DNA of 62,445 nucleotides, filler included. It is 6 parts of 6 records of this genome, joined end to end, with 100 filler letters (N's around TTAATTAATTAA, not from the genome) between each part and the next. Parts side by side here need not be neighbours in the genome. Positions count along the whole stretch, not along the records: positions 1 to 7,936 come from DRR378314_1090; positions 8,037 to 14,784 come from DRR378314_1091; 4 more parts are not named here. One strand, given 5' to 3'. The position numbers and the translations under genes are program-made. The notes beneath the pieces were generated by a model, which searched no databases, had not been told where the DNA came from, and saw only the letters and a list, made by a program, of their open reading frames with translations. Within the stretch, counting starts at the first letter, position 1, and every line of letters starts with the position of its first letter. This document shows, one piece after another, positions 1 through 13,388 of the stretch.

Positions 1-500
1 CTGTCGAGGTACTCGAGGAGCACGCTGCGCGTGTCCCGCGAAACGAGCGCCTGGATCGCAAAGAACAAACACGAATCTGCCAGGTCGATGGCAGCTTCTA
101 CAATTCGCGGCACCAAATGCACGGCGTGGTGATTAGATGTGCTGGCAAAACTCGGAATGTGGAGCAAGCGCGCGTGCGCACACACCGCAGCGAGAGTTGC
201 GTACGCGTGCGCCTCGCACAGCGCGCGCCACACGTCGCTGAACCACAGCGAGAACCTCACCGACAGGCGGCAGCGCACGCACGAAAGTAGTCGCGCGAAT
301 CAACGCACAGGATCATTCTCTGCACTGCACACCCCGCCTAGGCAAAAGCTATCAATCCATGACTAAAACTTGAAACATTTTTTCAGGTACCACGACCGGT
401 ATTAAGCGGTTTTCTTCCGAGTGCAGCAGTTTCGGGCCACCACGTCCCGCTTGCCCGTACAGCGAGGTGCACACCGAGGAGCACGCGGTCGGGATGCGAG

Positions 501-521
501 CAGCAGCAGCAGCAGCAGCAG
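501..521 (+). repeat. (CAG)7 microsatellite
   Basis: Direct reading. Confidence 0.9.
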
Positions 522-674
522 GAGCAGCTCGCGCCACAGGAGACTGTGTCACCCGGATCCGACCCCCCCCCATCCCACAAGAAGCACACACATACCGCTA
601 CGATGCAGATCTATTGATAAGGGTGTGCAGGTAGGCACTGGTACAGAAGTACCCCGGCGACGCGGCAAACGCAC

Positions 675-984
675 CTTGCTTCTGAAGAGAAACGTCGACG
701 TCGGACGCTGCGGCGTCCGCGGCGCGGCTCCTGGCGTCACCATCGGCGTCGCGCGCGTGGACTTCCCAGTCTGCAAACTCGCGGAGTATCGATTCTATCA
801 GCATGGCGACGGCCGCGTCATCCACGCGTGCTCCGGTTGAACGTATATGGAGTAGCTCTCTGTGGGCATCTTCCATGGCTAGAAGCTGATCCGTGGGGTT
901 CCCTGCAGAAATCGGAAGCAGCGCCAGCGCGGGAACGTCAGCGGCGAGCGCGACACCGGTCACTGCGCGCTCCGCGCCTGACAC
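675..984 (-). CDS. Probable exon of an unidentified multi-exon eukaryotic gene; further exon-like pieces probably lie between 1 and ~2170
   Basis: The ORF 598..984 reads as natural protein (AMEDAHRELLHIRS...VAMLIESILREFADWEVHA) up to a G|GTGCGT donor at 674, like other donors in this genome. No family recognised. Confidence 0.35.
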
Positions 985-2297
985 TACCCTCGCGCGACAC
1001 CACAGGGCAACAGCGGGAAAGAAGCAAATGGAAACGAGAGCCTTTCAACACCCTCTGAAGCGTAGTCAAATCACTGTAACCTTTCACCAACTAGCAGCAC
1101 CAAGGCAGCATCCTATGAAGGTCGCACGTACGCGAAGAAATCAAACAACAATTATTCTTTGCGACCAACCGCGAAGCGGCAAGTCGCAGCCGGTGCGCGC
1201 CGAGCTCGCCGCTGGCGCGGACCGAGCCAGCGCACGCTCGCCAAGAGAGCCGCGGGGAGCGCGTTCGTGCTCGTTTTGGTGCCCATTCGGCGCGCTACGC
1301 TCTGCATTAGGGGCCCTGCAGCGGTAGCATACCGTGCAATGCCTCTGCTGCGAAGGAATACAATGTCGACGACGTATCCATGCTGCCGAACTAGCGTGCG
1401 TCGCCGCTGGATGTGGCGCCTGATTGCAGCCGCTGCGGCACGAGGACGAGCGCTCCGCTTTGAGTGGTTCGTAGGCAGCCGCGGCGCCAGCCGACTCGCG
1501 GCGACTCGTGCGCGGTTCGCTCGACCGGCTGCACGCCGTTTCGTTGATATTCGAGAAGTACACTCCCAGTGCTTCCAATCGAGACTGTTTGTGCAATAAA
1601 AAGGTCACGCAGTTCCAGGGGGGGGGGGCACGGCCAGACGCTGCGCAGTGCCCGGGTTACGTGCGCTTTCGCACATGAGCGTGGCGCGGAGCGGCACGGC
1701 ACACGCGTAGCACTAGCGGGGCGGGACGCTCGATCGTTACTGGTCTCCTGTGACGGCCTGGCCGCGCTGAACCTCGGGCGCAACCAGCCCTCGCGTGGCA
1801 GTGCCCGGGCGGCGCTACTGCGTAAGCTGCGCAAGGATCGCTGCCGCGTATCTGGAGAGGATATGTGTTCCTTATGCATATGCTTCCTCGACACTGGGTA
1901 CACGTAGTACGTTTGCACCATGGGAGGGAGGGCGTCGGAGGCCAACGCTTGCCGCTGTGGTGCATCTGCTCTGTCCCGCTGCTAACCCAACCTTGGGCAA
2001 AAAGGACGCTGTAGCTGGGATGGCAGGCCTGGCATATCCAGCTGCTGCAAAGGGCTTGCCGACCCATTCTTTATTCCAGAATCGTTGCCGAGAGTCAAAG
2101 TCATAGTGCGAAACCAGAGAGGACGCAGGCGCGAGCAGCTTGAAGATCCAAGGCAGGCAGAGCGCCTACAGGTTGCAAGGAGTAAGCGCGCGCAATACTA
2201 TTCGCGAGCGCGGCAGCTGCAACGAAGCACACACAGAACGGAACAAGGCTGCGATCAAATTTGAAATTCTTGGACCCCCTGCTCTATGATCCTTTGC

Positions 2298-5200
2298 CTA
2301 CTTGAGCCCGTTCACAAAGGAAAATGCCGCGTCTGCGCGCTTCTTCTCGCGTTCTTGGCGCTCTTTCTCGGGGTCGTTTGTCTTGAAGCTGACGCCTGTC
2401 AGGGGCTCGAGCTGGTTGAGAGGGTTTTGGATCGGCGGAGCGCCGCTGGGCGCACCGCTGTAGGCAGGGCCGGGATACGCTCCGTGCAAATATGCAACGT
2501 GGCCATGCACTGGCGCGTACATCGGCATTCCTTGTGGTGCCATCATGTTACCGGGCGGCGCGGCGGAGGGTGCGGTTGCGCCGCTGTTTCCGCCGATAAA
2601 CGTAAACGGTCCCGCAGCCTGCGGAGGCGTTCCCGGTGACGCGGCCGGGGCGTATGCCATACCAGGCTGTTGCGAGTATACGAGGTGCCCTCCGTACTGC
2701 GCAGGCGCAACTGCACCATGCTGCTGGTGGTGGTGGTGGTAGTACTGCTGCTGAGGAAGTGGTGCAGTCATCGACGCGAGGAACTCGTCCGCCACGGAAG
2801 AAGCCCTGCCCGAGCCTGCTGCGGCCGTGACAGGCGACTGGACAGCTGGAGAAGCCGCACCGCCGCCGGCCAGCTCGCTGAGGCTGCTTCCGCGGCCCCG
2901 CACGCGCATTCCGGAGAACATGTCAGCCCCGCCGCTCGCCGGAGCAGCCTGCGCGACCGCCGGCCCACCAGCGGCACCAGACGGATCAGAGCCGTCGTGG
3001 ACCTTCATATCTGCAAAAATATCCGTGGGCGGAGCCGCCGGCGCATTGTCCTGCGCCCCTTGCTGGTCAGTGAAATCATCGCCCAACAAACTGGCGCCGG
3101 CGTTTCCGGCTTCCGCAGCCGGATTGTGCGCGCTGTGCGCGCTGGGAGTGTCGTCAGCGGGAGCCTGGCCTGACGGCTCCGTTCCAAGGCGGCGGAGCAA
3201 CGCCTTCGCCTTGTCGCGCACGGAGGACTGCGCGGCCGACGAGCACTCGGCAATGTTGCCGTCGTTTTCTGTAAAGTACGCTTCGATGCCCTCGGCGCCT
3301 CGCGAAACAAGGCTTTCAATAACATAGAGGGCTCGCTGCAGAGCACAAAAAAAGGCGCGCAGAAAAAAAAAGATTGGAGCAGGCGTACGTGCGAACGTGA
3401 GCGTCGGAGGAGGTGCACCATGGCAACGAAGCCGCGCGAGCGCGGCACTAACATCAGCACGACCAGTGAAGTGAGACGTACGTGCACGTCCCGTATCACA
3501 GTCCGCATGCAAAGCAAGGGTATGCGACAGCGTATAGGTGCCGCCAACGACAGCGGCGAGAGAAAATCTACACCCCCTCAGCCAACACGCTCGATGCATA
3601 CCCAATGACAGCTGCCGCGGTAAGGAGTGGTAGAAACAAGCAAGACAGATTGATGGGTGCCGACATTGGAATACAAATGCCACTGCAAGGCGAGCGAGAT
3701 CTGCAACCCGCTACAATCGCGCACCGGCGCGGGTTCACATAGGCGTGGCGCAGCGCGCACAAGCCCGGAAGCGGCGAAGCCAAAGCGCATGCGCACGCGC
3801 ACGCGACGTGCAGACTCGCTGCAAATTCGACGCCAAGCGAGTGCTGAACCATTGAACAACTACAACACAAATCTGTACAGGTATAGGGACAGGTGCCGGT
3901 ATGAACGTACAAGGCGTACTTGCCACTTCTGACTGGCGAGCTTTTCATCGAGCAAGCTTGATACGACGTCTGGGTCGAGAGAGACCGCGCTGCGCGCGAA
4001 ATCAGCGAGTGCTTGCGGCGTTGGCGCGGCACGCACGCCGGCTGGCGTTGTGATTTCGTCAATGAGCTTGCTTTCGTACTCGCCGGGTTCGACGTGCGCC
4101 AAACGCGGTTGCGCTCCCGATCCGGCGCGGTGCTCGCGCGCAGGCACCCCGCCGCCTGCGGACGCGCGGCGGGGCGAGGCGTCACCCGTGTAGCCGCCGT
4201 ACATCGAATACGACCCGCCGCTACCAGTGGAACGATTGGAGAAGCCCGACGGCGAGCCAAACGTTCCAGAGCTGACGATGCCGCCTCCCTGTGGGCCAGA
4301 ATATAGGCCCGACCCGGTGTCAGTGAACGAGCCGTGCACTGCCGGATCGCGCCGCGGCATCATGTTGTGCTTCTCGGCAAATTTACGGCCCTGCTCTTGG
4401 ATAAAGCTGGTCGCTTTTGAAACTTTTTCCACTGCCGATGCCCTAGCGCGCTCCACGAGAGTGGAAGGTTCTGCACGGAAAAGCAGACGGCAGAGCAGGA
4501 TCGATAAGGGACGTGGCAACGTGCTGCAGCTCGCCATTTTCAGTAGCCAGATCTGTAGCAACTATCCACCTCCGTGTGCCGCACATCACGCGAGGCGCAG
4601 CGCGGCTGCATCGAGGAAGCGTATATTTTCCCACGCGTGTGAAGGTACACAGCGCGCGCGGGCATTCGCAGTACCTTTTTTCTGGAAATTCGGGTTTCCG
4701 TAGCCCCACATGCGGCTCGTATCGTTTCCACCCATCCCAGGCGCACCGCCGCCGCCATACCCGCCGCCGCCGCCGTATCCGCCGCCTGCGCTACTGGCGT
4801 AGTTGCTTTCCATTTCAGAAGACCCTGTACATGGTGGCGCAGAGGAGTATGACACAGCGGATTAGCGGGGACGCATCACCGGAGTGCTGTAATGCAAAAA
4901 TAATAATAGTATTACTGATTTCGTGGACCCATGTAAACTTCGCGCGCACACCACGAGCAGAATCTATACATCCGTGCCGCGAATCTCGAACATGCTTTTA
5001 TGAAATTCTTTGCCAAGGCTCTGCGTAGCGTCTGATTGTAGCACGCTGATTCAGGCTTGCGTGCGACTGCGCCAAAGCGACTCATACTTCTTCGCACTTG
5101 CTTTAGCAACGTTGACGGGCAACACGCAGCGGTCCGTGTGCGAGCCAAAAGCAACCGAAAAAAGAGGCGAATGGGCGATTGTTTGATCGCACTTACCTCG

Positions 5201-6730
5201 GTAGCCGCCGCCGCCATAACGAGAAGGCAGTTCCCCCACGTGCGGATCGGGTCCGCCGCCATTTGACTGCGGTCCCGACGACCCAAACCCTTCCTGTGCA
5301 GATGATAGCAGCGAAAAGGTGCGAGGTTGAGGATCACACAGCCGAATGGTCGTTGACCCTCCAGCGCGGTCAGCGCAGTGTGGATCACATGCTGAAAACA
5401 CAACTTCTATCACAATGCCTGCGCTGCGACGAACAGCCGTGCAGGAAGGAGCTCGCGGAGAAAAGGCGGAAACGCGCCAAGCGCTACGCCGCTCGTGCTA
5501 CAACATGTATCTACAAGAAATATACACGGCGCCCACATTATGGCGGGTACCCAACGAACCATGACACGAGTAGGCTGCTCAGTCATACTCTCCGAATCGA
5601 AAAGATAGTTGATCAGTTCCTGCGCGGTATCGCGAACCTGCCGCAAACACAGGATGGACAGCAGACAGCCCGCACGCCAACATCAGGCAGCGGGATAGGT
5701 GCAACAGCAATGCGCAGGGCGGCCACACCGACAGAGCCGGGCTCGCGGCACCTTTCACTATCACAGAGCTTCATACTACGAGAACAGAGTCGCATCGGCA
5801 ATGCGAGGGAGGCAGTCTCAGTGGCGGGAAAGTCTTTTGCCTACAACGCTCACAAGGTGCTCGAGGTACGTACCTGTTGGTTCACCGCGTCGCCGGTGAT
5901 GCGATCCGGTTGCCCTCGCCACGCAAGGCAATCTCGGACGCGCTCCGTACGACGCTGCGATCCAGAGAAGAGAGGAAAGAAAGATATTGCATAATCGTGT
6001 ATGGGCCGTAGCTTGAGACTTTTGTGGGAAGTAGGAGAGTGCGTACGTTGAAGCGTGCCCGTACCTGTGCCGCACTTGGCGCCTTGGCGAAGAAACTATG
6101 TGCCCGTGCACCATTCCAAGTCTACCTGAGAGCAGACGCTTGCGCGTCCTTGCTCACAGGCGCGAGACAATCCAGGCTAGAAGTACACATGAATTTAATA
6201 TTGTCCTGGGAATGAGTTACTGTGGCGCGATTTCGTACCTGGAGGTCACGGCGAAATGCCGGGTTGCCCCGCTCAGAAACGTAGCGCAGCGCTTTGAGGG
6301 CCTTGAGTCGAACATACGCACTGCGGTGTCCCATCGCGCAGCGGCACAGGAACAAAGGTTAGCGGAGCCGTTTGCGCAGTATGCGCAGCAAGGAGCTCAC
6401 GAATGGCTCTCTTCTTTGCGCATCCACATGTTACTTAATTAGGCATCTCGATGGAGGAAAGAAACAGCGGCGACTGTGCACCTACTTCTTTGATGCAACG
6501 TGAATTCACAGAGACGCCCAAGACGCTGCGCGGCCGGCTCGGGCAAGCCGGTTTTGTGCAAGCGGTCCTACAGCTGCGGAGCGGGCGATCGAGTCTGCCG
6601 TCTCCTCGTAACACTGCAGCATTCCAAAGATGTATGTGCATTCAACGTGACTCAACGTACTCGTCCTTTTCCAGCCGTTTCAGCAGTTGATCTTCGAGCG
6701 TCATGCACAAGTTATGGTCCATGGACAGCT
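2298..6730 (-). CDS. TEPSIN: Tepsin / AP-4 accessory ENTH-VHS protein (MTV1-like), multi-exon; first exon not located
   Basis: Spliced exons give the ENTH sequence LEDQLLKRLEKD|DAYVRLKALKALRYVSERGNPAFRRDLQ...WRGQPDRITGDAVNQQ|VRDTAQELINYLF (exons 6661-6730, 6239-6320, ~5870-5920, ~5588-5637). A second VHS-like domain reads YESKLIDEITTPAGVR...KWQVRL|RALYVIE (last exon 2298-3335). The tail has the motifs MFSGMRV and AAFSFVN. Confidence 0.85.
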
Positions 6731-7936
6731 CTGCGTGCGCAAGCCGACGAGACCGCCAGACCGAGACCAGCGTACGGTCGTGGTAAGCTCGCTCGCAAAA
6801 AGTTTCCGCACGCCGCCCCCCGAACCGGAGGCGATAGCGGTCTGACGAAGCAACGCGTATGCGATTGACGAAAAGGTGAATGTCTAAGAAAACTATACCA
6901 TCATTCACGTTCCCTTCATGGCGATGTGACGATGTATCGCGTCCAGAACGCTACACCTTGTGAGTGCGAGGGACGCGGCAAGCGGGCAAGCTACTGCGCA
7001 AAAGCCGCGAGGTGACAAGTTCCTGAGCAAGCGCAACGCTTGCGCTGCAGCGCGGCTCCAGATGCAACCTACGCACTGGCGTGGGCTGTTGGTGTAATAC
7101 ACTGCTACAAGCTCAACCGTGACTTTGTACAAAATCAATGATGTCAATGTAGAGCACTTGGAATATGCCAGGATGAGCGGCGGCAAATCTACAAGAGCTT
7201 GTCAGGCTCCGTTTTGGAGGGGCACTAGCCAGCCCCCTTGCGCGTGGCGTTCGCGCCCGGGAACTCTAGCGCTGCCCGAGGAGAAGCGTCATCGTCGCAG
7301 GGCCGCTGCTCCTATGCTCGCGCGGTCACGGTCCGGGATAGCGCACTCTCCTTTCCTCACTCCGTGCAAGAAATCGACGAGCGAGGTGATGGAACACATA
7401 CATTCCGTCAAAGCATCGCGTTCCATAGCGTGCCAAGTCGCAGTGAAAACGTACTGCTTAGCTCATTGAGGTGGAAGCCTTGCGTTGGCTCTGGCCCGCT
7501 TGCAGTGGCTTTTGCAACCATGCGGTGCACTTTGAGGGCCTCCATGGCAGCACGAAACACCGGCACCCGGCTCTGTTCCAGGATGAGCACGCCGAAGCAC
7601 CGAATTCACAGTTGAACGCGTGTATAGCGAGAATACAAACACGTTGGCACGCTTGGCGGAAAACGCCGGTCCCTGCGCTGTGAAGCCTGGTAAATCTGGC
7701 ACGCGAGCAGAGCGCGGCCGGTGCGGAGACGGGACAAAAAGCCACACCTGCCAGAGCGCGGAAGGGCGCCAAGCCTCTCAAACATGGAAACACCAGGGCC
7801 GCAGGCGGCGAGCACGTTTCTGCTCTGATCAAGTATAAACCGTGACTGTTAAATTCATACTGTCCCAAAGTAGGTGGTGATCATATCCAATGTGTTGGAT
7901 GTCAATACAAAAAAACCAGTTCATTATATAGTACAA

Positions 7937-8036
7937 NNNNNNNNNNNNNNNNNNNNNNNNNNNNNNNNNNNNNNNNNNNNTTAATTAATTAANNNNNNNN
8001 NNNNNNNNNNNNNNNNNNNNNNNNNNNNNNNNNNNN
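7937..8036. other. Artificial contig linker
   Basis: 44 N + TTAATTAATTAA (stops in all six frames) + 44 N. Confidence 0.99.
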
Positions 8037-9217
8037 TACAGTGCGATGTTCTCGTATGCAAGCGTCCTGTGCTTCAACAACATTGCAAACGAGTTCCTAC
8101 AGGACCGGTACAATATGTCACACAAGAGAGCAGGTTTCGTCCAGAGCCTTCCGTTTCTTGTGCCTACGCTGTCCATCTGGGCATTCGGCTACATCATTGA
8201 CCGTTTTGGCGGGAAAGTGCAGATGATTGCGATCTCGTCGGTGGTGTTCATGTCCGTGCACGTGGCGTTTGCTACTGGTCGTCCGAATCCAATCGCCATG
8301 CTCCTGATTCTTGGGTTAGGGTACGCGGTTACGTTCCCGAGCACTCGCTCCTCGCCACACTCTCGAACGTTTGGGCGATCACCGTGCGTGTGCAGGCGCT
8401 CGCGGTCCATCGCTGGTCAGCAGCGAATTTGAAACAAAGTCGTGGCGTTCCCCGCGCGTGCTTTTGCCATGTCGCTGTTCTGCACGCACGCACAACGAAC
8501 CCGCAACGGTACACTCGATGGCGCGCAGTATGTACGATGCGCGTAGTGGCGCTCGAGTACATACCCCCGCGCTTTCTCTTTCTCTCTCCTCATGAATCTT
8601 CCTCTCCATCCTCCTTGTGTGCGTGTGGCTGTGCGTTTGCCGCCGGGTGTAGGTATACGATGTACGCGGCTTCCATCTGGCCGAGTGCCGTTAGCATTGT
8701 GGAGAACCACCAGTGGGGAATCGCCACGGGGATCGTGGTTACAGCGATCGACATCGGCGCAGGAATCGGACCGCTGTTTGTTGGCGCGCTGAAGAGACAC
8801 TACAACAACTACGACGCCTCGGAGGTGTTCCTGGCGGCACTTGGAGGTGCGTGCGGGAGACGGAGCGCCTGTGCGGGAGTGCGCACACGGCGAGCCGGGA
8901 AGCGCCGTCCCAACCGTGACCACGTACCCACGCTCCTCACGCGCTAGTGAGTGTTGTACACGACGCTGCAATTGCACCGCACACGTGCAGGTGTCGCGAT
9001 GCTCATGGCCGTATGGATCAAGCGGGAGAACGACCGCACGGGGAGACCGCTGGACGGGCAGACGAGCACCGTACAGTACGTTGCGCGCTGGCCGAAGGCG
9101 CTCCCGCAGCGCTCTGTCACAGGCAACGTCGGTGCGCGCGGATGCACGCGCACATCTGCTCGTTTCGTTGTGGTGTTCTCGCGTTGCAGTGCCTTGCTCT
9201 GGTGGAACCGTGCATAG
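8037..9217 (+). CDS. Major facilitator superfamily transporter, MFSD1-like; 5'-truncated, last exon uncertain
   Basis: Exons 8037-8320, 8653-8846 and 8991 onward splice in frame at GT-AG. They give successive TM helices with the MFS loop motif FGYIIDRFG and LGLG|YTMYAASIWPS...WGIATG. Confidence 0.8.
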
Positions 9218-9381
9218 ATCATCGGACGCATTGGGGTGTGCGAGGCGCAAGGGGGACGGCACGGAGTGCTTGATACCGGACCCGCGCGCACCACAGTACT
9301 CACAAATTCCTACTCGCCCATGCTGTATTCCCAACCCGCGCAGTGCAAAGAAGGATGATACATTACACGAACATGCACCGC

Positions 9382-11884
9382 TCATCTCGGAGCGCTAGTG
9401 GATGCCTTGGTATCCTGTCGCGTGTCAGCACGGCACGATCGGCGCTCTACCGCGTCTCTGTACAGTTGCAGCGCATCATGAGATGCAAGCGGGTCGATAT
9501 TGTACACTGCCACGAGATCATCGCATAAATGCGCAATCTCCTCCGGATTCACCATCATCTTGTACAGTACCTGGAGTGCCTCGCTGGCGGACTCTTGCGT
9601 ATCTTGCGTCAGGACGGCCACGCATATTGCCGCCACGGCGATTGCGTGCGGTGGGTGCACGAGGCACAGGTTCGAGCGAAAGCTATCATTGACAAGACTC
9701 CAACTCGTATCCAATAAATGGAGCATCTGAATATCGTACAGGATTCTGCACAGCGTCAAAAAGGCAGTGTGTGACACCACGCGCACGCAGGTACCTGCCC
9801 GTGAGACGCGACCGGTCTGCGTAGCACATGGATACGCGAATGCGCATCTGCGCTCCCCGTCCGCAGCGCATTGAGCACGGTATAGCGTGCGGCCATACGC
9901 GGGTAGAAGAGCGGAGCAAAGGACACAATTGGGCGCTGCGAGTATCGATCGTTCCTCTCTGGTCTCTTCGCGCCGGTAGCGTGGGCGCACGCGTCGCGTC
10001 ATGGTCCCGCTCGCAGTGCCAATCACCAGCACCGCCGCGTGCGGCGAACCACATCGGGCAAACGTACACCACGCATGAGAGGAGTGGGCGCCGTGTGCAG
10101 CATACTGGGGCGAATGTGGTTGCACGCGCGTTCCCGCTCGGAAGCTGAGCGCGGCACAACACGCGCCGGTACGTACAGTTTCAGCGAGACGTACGGATGC
10201 GTGAGGAAGAGCGATCCCCCCAGCGCGTCCATAAGGAAGTACTCGGTCTTGAGCAGATCCTCCGGCCCGAGGGAATCCAATGGTGCAAACGCATGCATAC
10301 GAAACGCTGCATACAGCGCATGCATCGTAATAGGCGCTTCTTCGACTTTCGACGCGAGCAACAGCGCGGCAGCACACAGCGCATCCGGTCGCGGTGCGTT
10401 GCCAATTCCCTTCCTGCACAGCAGCCAGACATCCGTGCCAATCAACCAGAAACCCCGCACCCCACGCGTACACACAAGCAGGCCCGTACTCGTACACAAA
10501 GCATGAGAGAGAGAGAGAGGCGGGAGAAGACAGAGAAACCCAAGAAACACGTGCACGGCACGGCAGGGCTACATAACTGTCTCGATTTTACATAACACAA
10601 TTGTCCTGCGCAGTATCGCGCTCGGGCATCCAACCGCGCTCCTCCGTGCGCGCCGGAAGTGATTCAGCGCTACTGCTCGCCCTGCTGTGCGCTTGGTCTA
10701 CGACAGATCGATGCGGCACGCGCATGCGTGTGTGTACTCAGGTCCGGGTTGTCCCCCGAGGCCGCGGCCTCCGCCAGCCGTCTTCTCCCCGCAGCGCGCA
10801 GGGCCCCTCGAGGCCGGACAGGGCACGGAAAGAACATCTCATCGCAACCGACGCACTCCACGGTGGAGTGCCACCGGCTCAGAATAAGGATGACACGTGC
10901 CAACTCATCACAGTACCGCACACGTACGCGCGCAACCGCTTCCTAGACGGATACCTGCCGTGCGCCACTCCCTCGCGCTCGCCGTCGCGCTCGCGCGGGT
11001 GCGGCGAGAATGGACACGCACGAGTGCAGGTCCACAAGCGCATACTCGCAACGGAAAACCAACCGCACACAAAATGATACATGCGTACGTACTCTCGTAG
11101 GACTCGCTTCACGTATACCATGGCGGTGGCGAGAACCTTTTGCGCAACCTTGAGCGGCGGCTCGCGTCCGATACGGCACACGTCTGCACGCAAAAAGCAC
11201 ACAGAGCGCGCCTGGGCGTGAGACAGACCGCCGGTGAACGACGCGCGCGCGTGCACGCGAGCAGAGAACAACTCCGTCGAGACAAATTGAAGGAAAGCAG
11301 CCTGGTAGATCACCCCAATCCTGTGCACACTCGTGGTGCTGACGAGAGTAGCAACTAAGGCGCGACGTGGCGCGGCGGAGCGACCGAGGTAGCACCGTCG
11401 CGCCGGAGGACGCGGTCGAGCGTACAGTCTGCGCAGAAAGCTGCATATTGATCGAGCTCACGAGCGGAATGCGTCTCCAGGTCGGTCTCGTGGTGGTATT
11501 TACTCGACGATGGCTTACTGGCGTAGCCCAGCATCCATGAGCTGCGGTGTAGAAACGCGCGCGCCAGGGACACGCAACGCGCCTCAGTGAGCAGACCGGG
11601 AGCAGCGTCACGCGTACGCGAGTGGAGCACGACATGCCGCAGATGCACGCTTGCCACACACACATCAACAGACGCACATAATGAAATCAAAACCTTTTCC
11701 GAATATATACGCAATATCGATAAAGAAAGAAAACGCGCCAAAGGAACAGCCGATCGAAAGGGAGAGCATCGGAGGGGTCGGGCGTGAGCGTTTCGTCGCC
11801 GACAATACCACACAAAAGCGCACCACACCGACCAGACCCAGCGCGCACGTACCACTGCGAAGTGCACCAAAAATTAGCCAGCAT
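9382..11884 (-). CDS. CCNC: Cyclin C (Mediator kinase module), multi-exon
   Basis: The N-terminus MLANFWCTSQ resembles the cyclin C MAxNFWxSS start. Cyclin-box segments are QKVLATAMVYVKR, ALLLASKVEE, EYFLMDALGGSLFLTHPY and SWSLVNDSFRSNLCLVHPPHAIAVAAI. Introns are GT-AG. Confidence 0.88.
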
Positions 11885-13388
11885 TGTGCGATGCACCGTT
11901 CAGTTTGGAATAGAATTTCTCCACCAATGACGCCGGCCGGGGGAAGGGAAAGCGGGCAAACTAATGATACGACTAGTTCGCGGCCGCCGGCCAGCGGCGC
12001 AATGTCCCCGCGCGCCTGAGACACGCAGCACGGCTTCAGCCGCTCTCCGAGGGAATCCGCTCGCGACGACGCAGTTCCTGCGAAGCCACCGCGGATTTGT
12101 ACCGGTGTGACGTGCAGACAACGCGGTGAGCCTTGCCTGCTTGAGCAAGCAGATGGTTCCCCGCCCCGTCCCGGTGGAATGCGCAGGGGTGCCGGTTCTC
12201 TCGCCTGCTGTGCGTCGCTGCGCACTGTGCGGCAGTGCGCGGCACAGCGGTTTGCGGGGGCGTGGGCGGGGAATCGTTGGAAACCGGTCAATGAACCAAG
12301 ACCGTGTATTCTTGGTACACACAGCTGCGCGCGAGCGCTGCAGTCAAGCGCTGCGCCGCGCTGAGTGCTGTGGTGCACGGGTTCTCCCAAGCACAATTGC
12401 TTTCCCAAAACGCGCAAGTGGCTTACTTCTTCTTTGGTTTCCAAAGGTATATCACACCAGCTCACTCCGGCTATCACGCAAAGAGAGCACTCCCCCGCTA
12501 TCGGGCGGTGCGAGTGCAAGAACAGAATCAAAACAGAACCGCAAACCACGGTTCGCAGCGGAGCACCGAGGGGAAGGAAACCGAGTTGGCCACACTAGGG
12601 CTGCACATTCGCCTCCGCTCCACTTGCGCCACAAAGCGCCTAGCGACACCCGCACGGGCACGCAGAAGCACCACTTTCCACTGCACCGGAAGCTTTGCGG
12701 AAACCAACTACAGTCCTAGCACCCCGCTCCTCATCTCGTAGAGCAAACTTGAGCGCACTCCAATCGACCAACAAGTGGGACAATGAAGGCGACCCTGCAC
12801 ACGCTGAGAGTTCGCCGCAGAGCCACGCGCCACAACAGGTGGTGGTAGCAGAGCTTGCGTTTCCCCGCCAGATGCACAGAGAAGTTGCCATCGTAGTCCG
12901 ATGATCACATATATCCAGACACACTAGAGCACACATTCGTTTCCTTTCTCTTTCACAAACAGTACACGAGATCATCCGTGCATTTGTACACCGAGTTGGT
13001 ACATCAAAACACGAATAGATGCCCTTCACGGTGCAACCAGCGCGAGTACGCGGTCTCGAATCTCCAGAGAACGTACTCGCGCGCACGTCGACTTCGCGCT
13101 CAACCTGCTCCGTCCCGCAAAACCCCGCCGCACGAATCACCCGCCAAACCATCAGACCAGTGCGCAAAGCATATCACAGCAAGCGCATGCGCGTACTGAA
13201 GTTGCACAAAATATCGCACGAAAGCGCCCTGCAACAAACTACGCCCTACACGCCCGTCGTGATCGCGTTCATACGTTTGTCTGCACGACTGTAAGAGACT
13301 GCGCACTCGAATCTCTCAAAATCGAAGGGGATGATCCCGCTAATATACGACAGGTGACGTACCATGGCACTGCTACACACGGATGCGC

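Noticed and set aside
5191-5198. ACTTACCT resembling the U1 snRNA 5' end
   Set aside because: It is the reverse complement of an AG|GTAAGT donor in the tepsin gene, and no U1 body follows.
5179-5994. 271-aa plus-strand ORF
   Set aside because: It is antisense to tepsin exons and introns, Arg-rich, and has no recognisable features.
7981-7992. Repeated TTAATTAATTAA motif as a biological repeat or CRISPR element
   Set aside because: It is always centred in 44+44 Ns, so it is a concatenation spacer. No CRISPR array was seen in the window.
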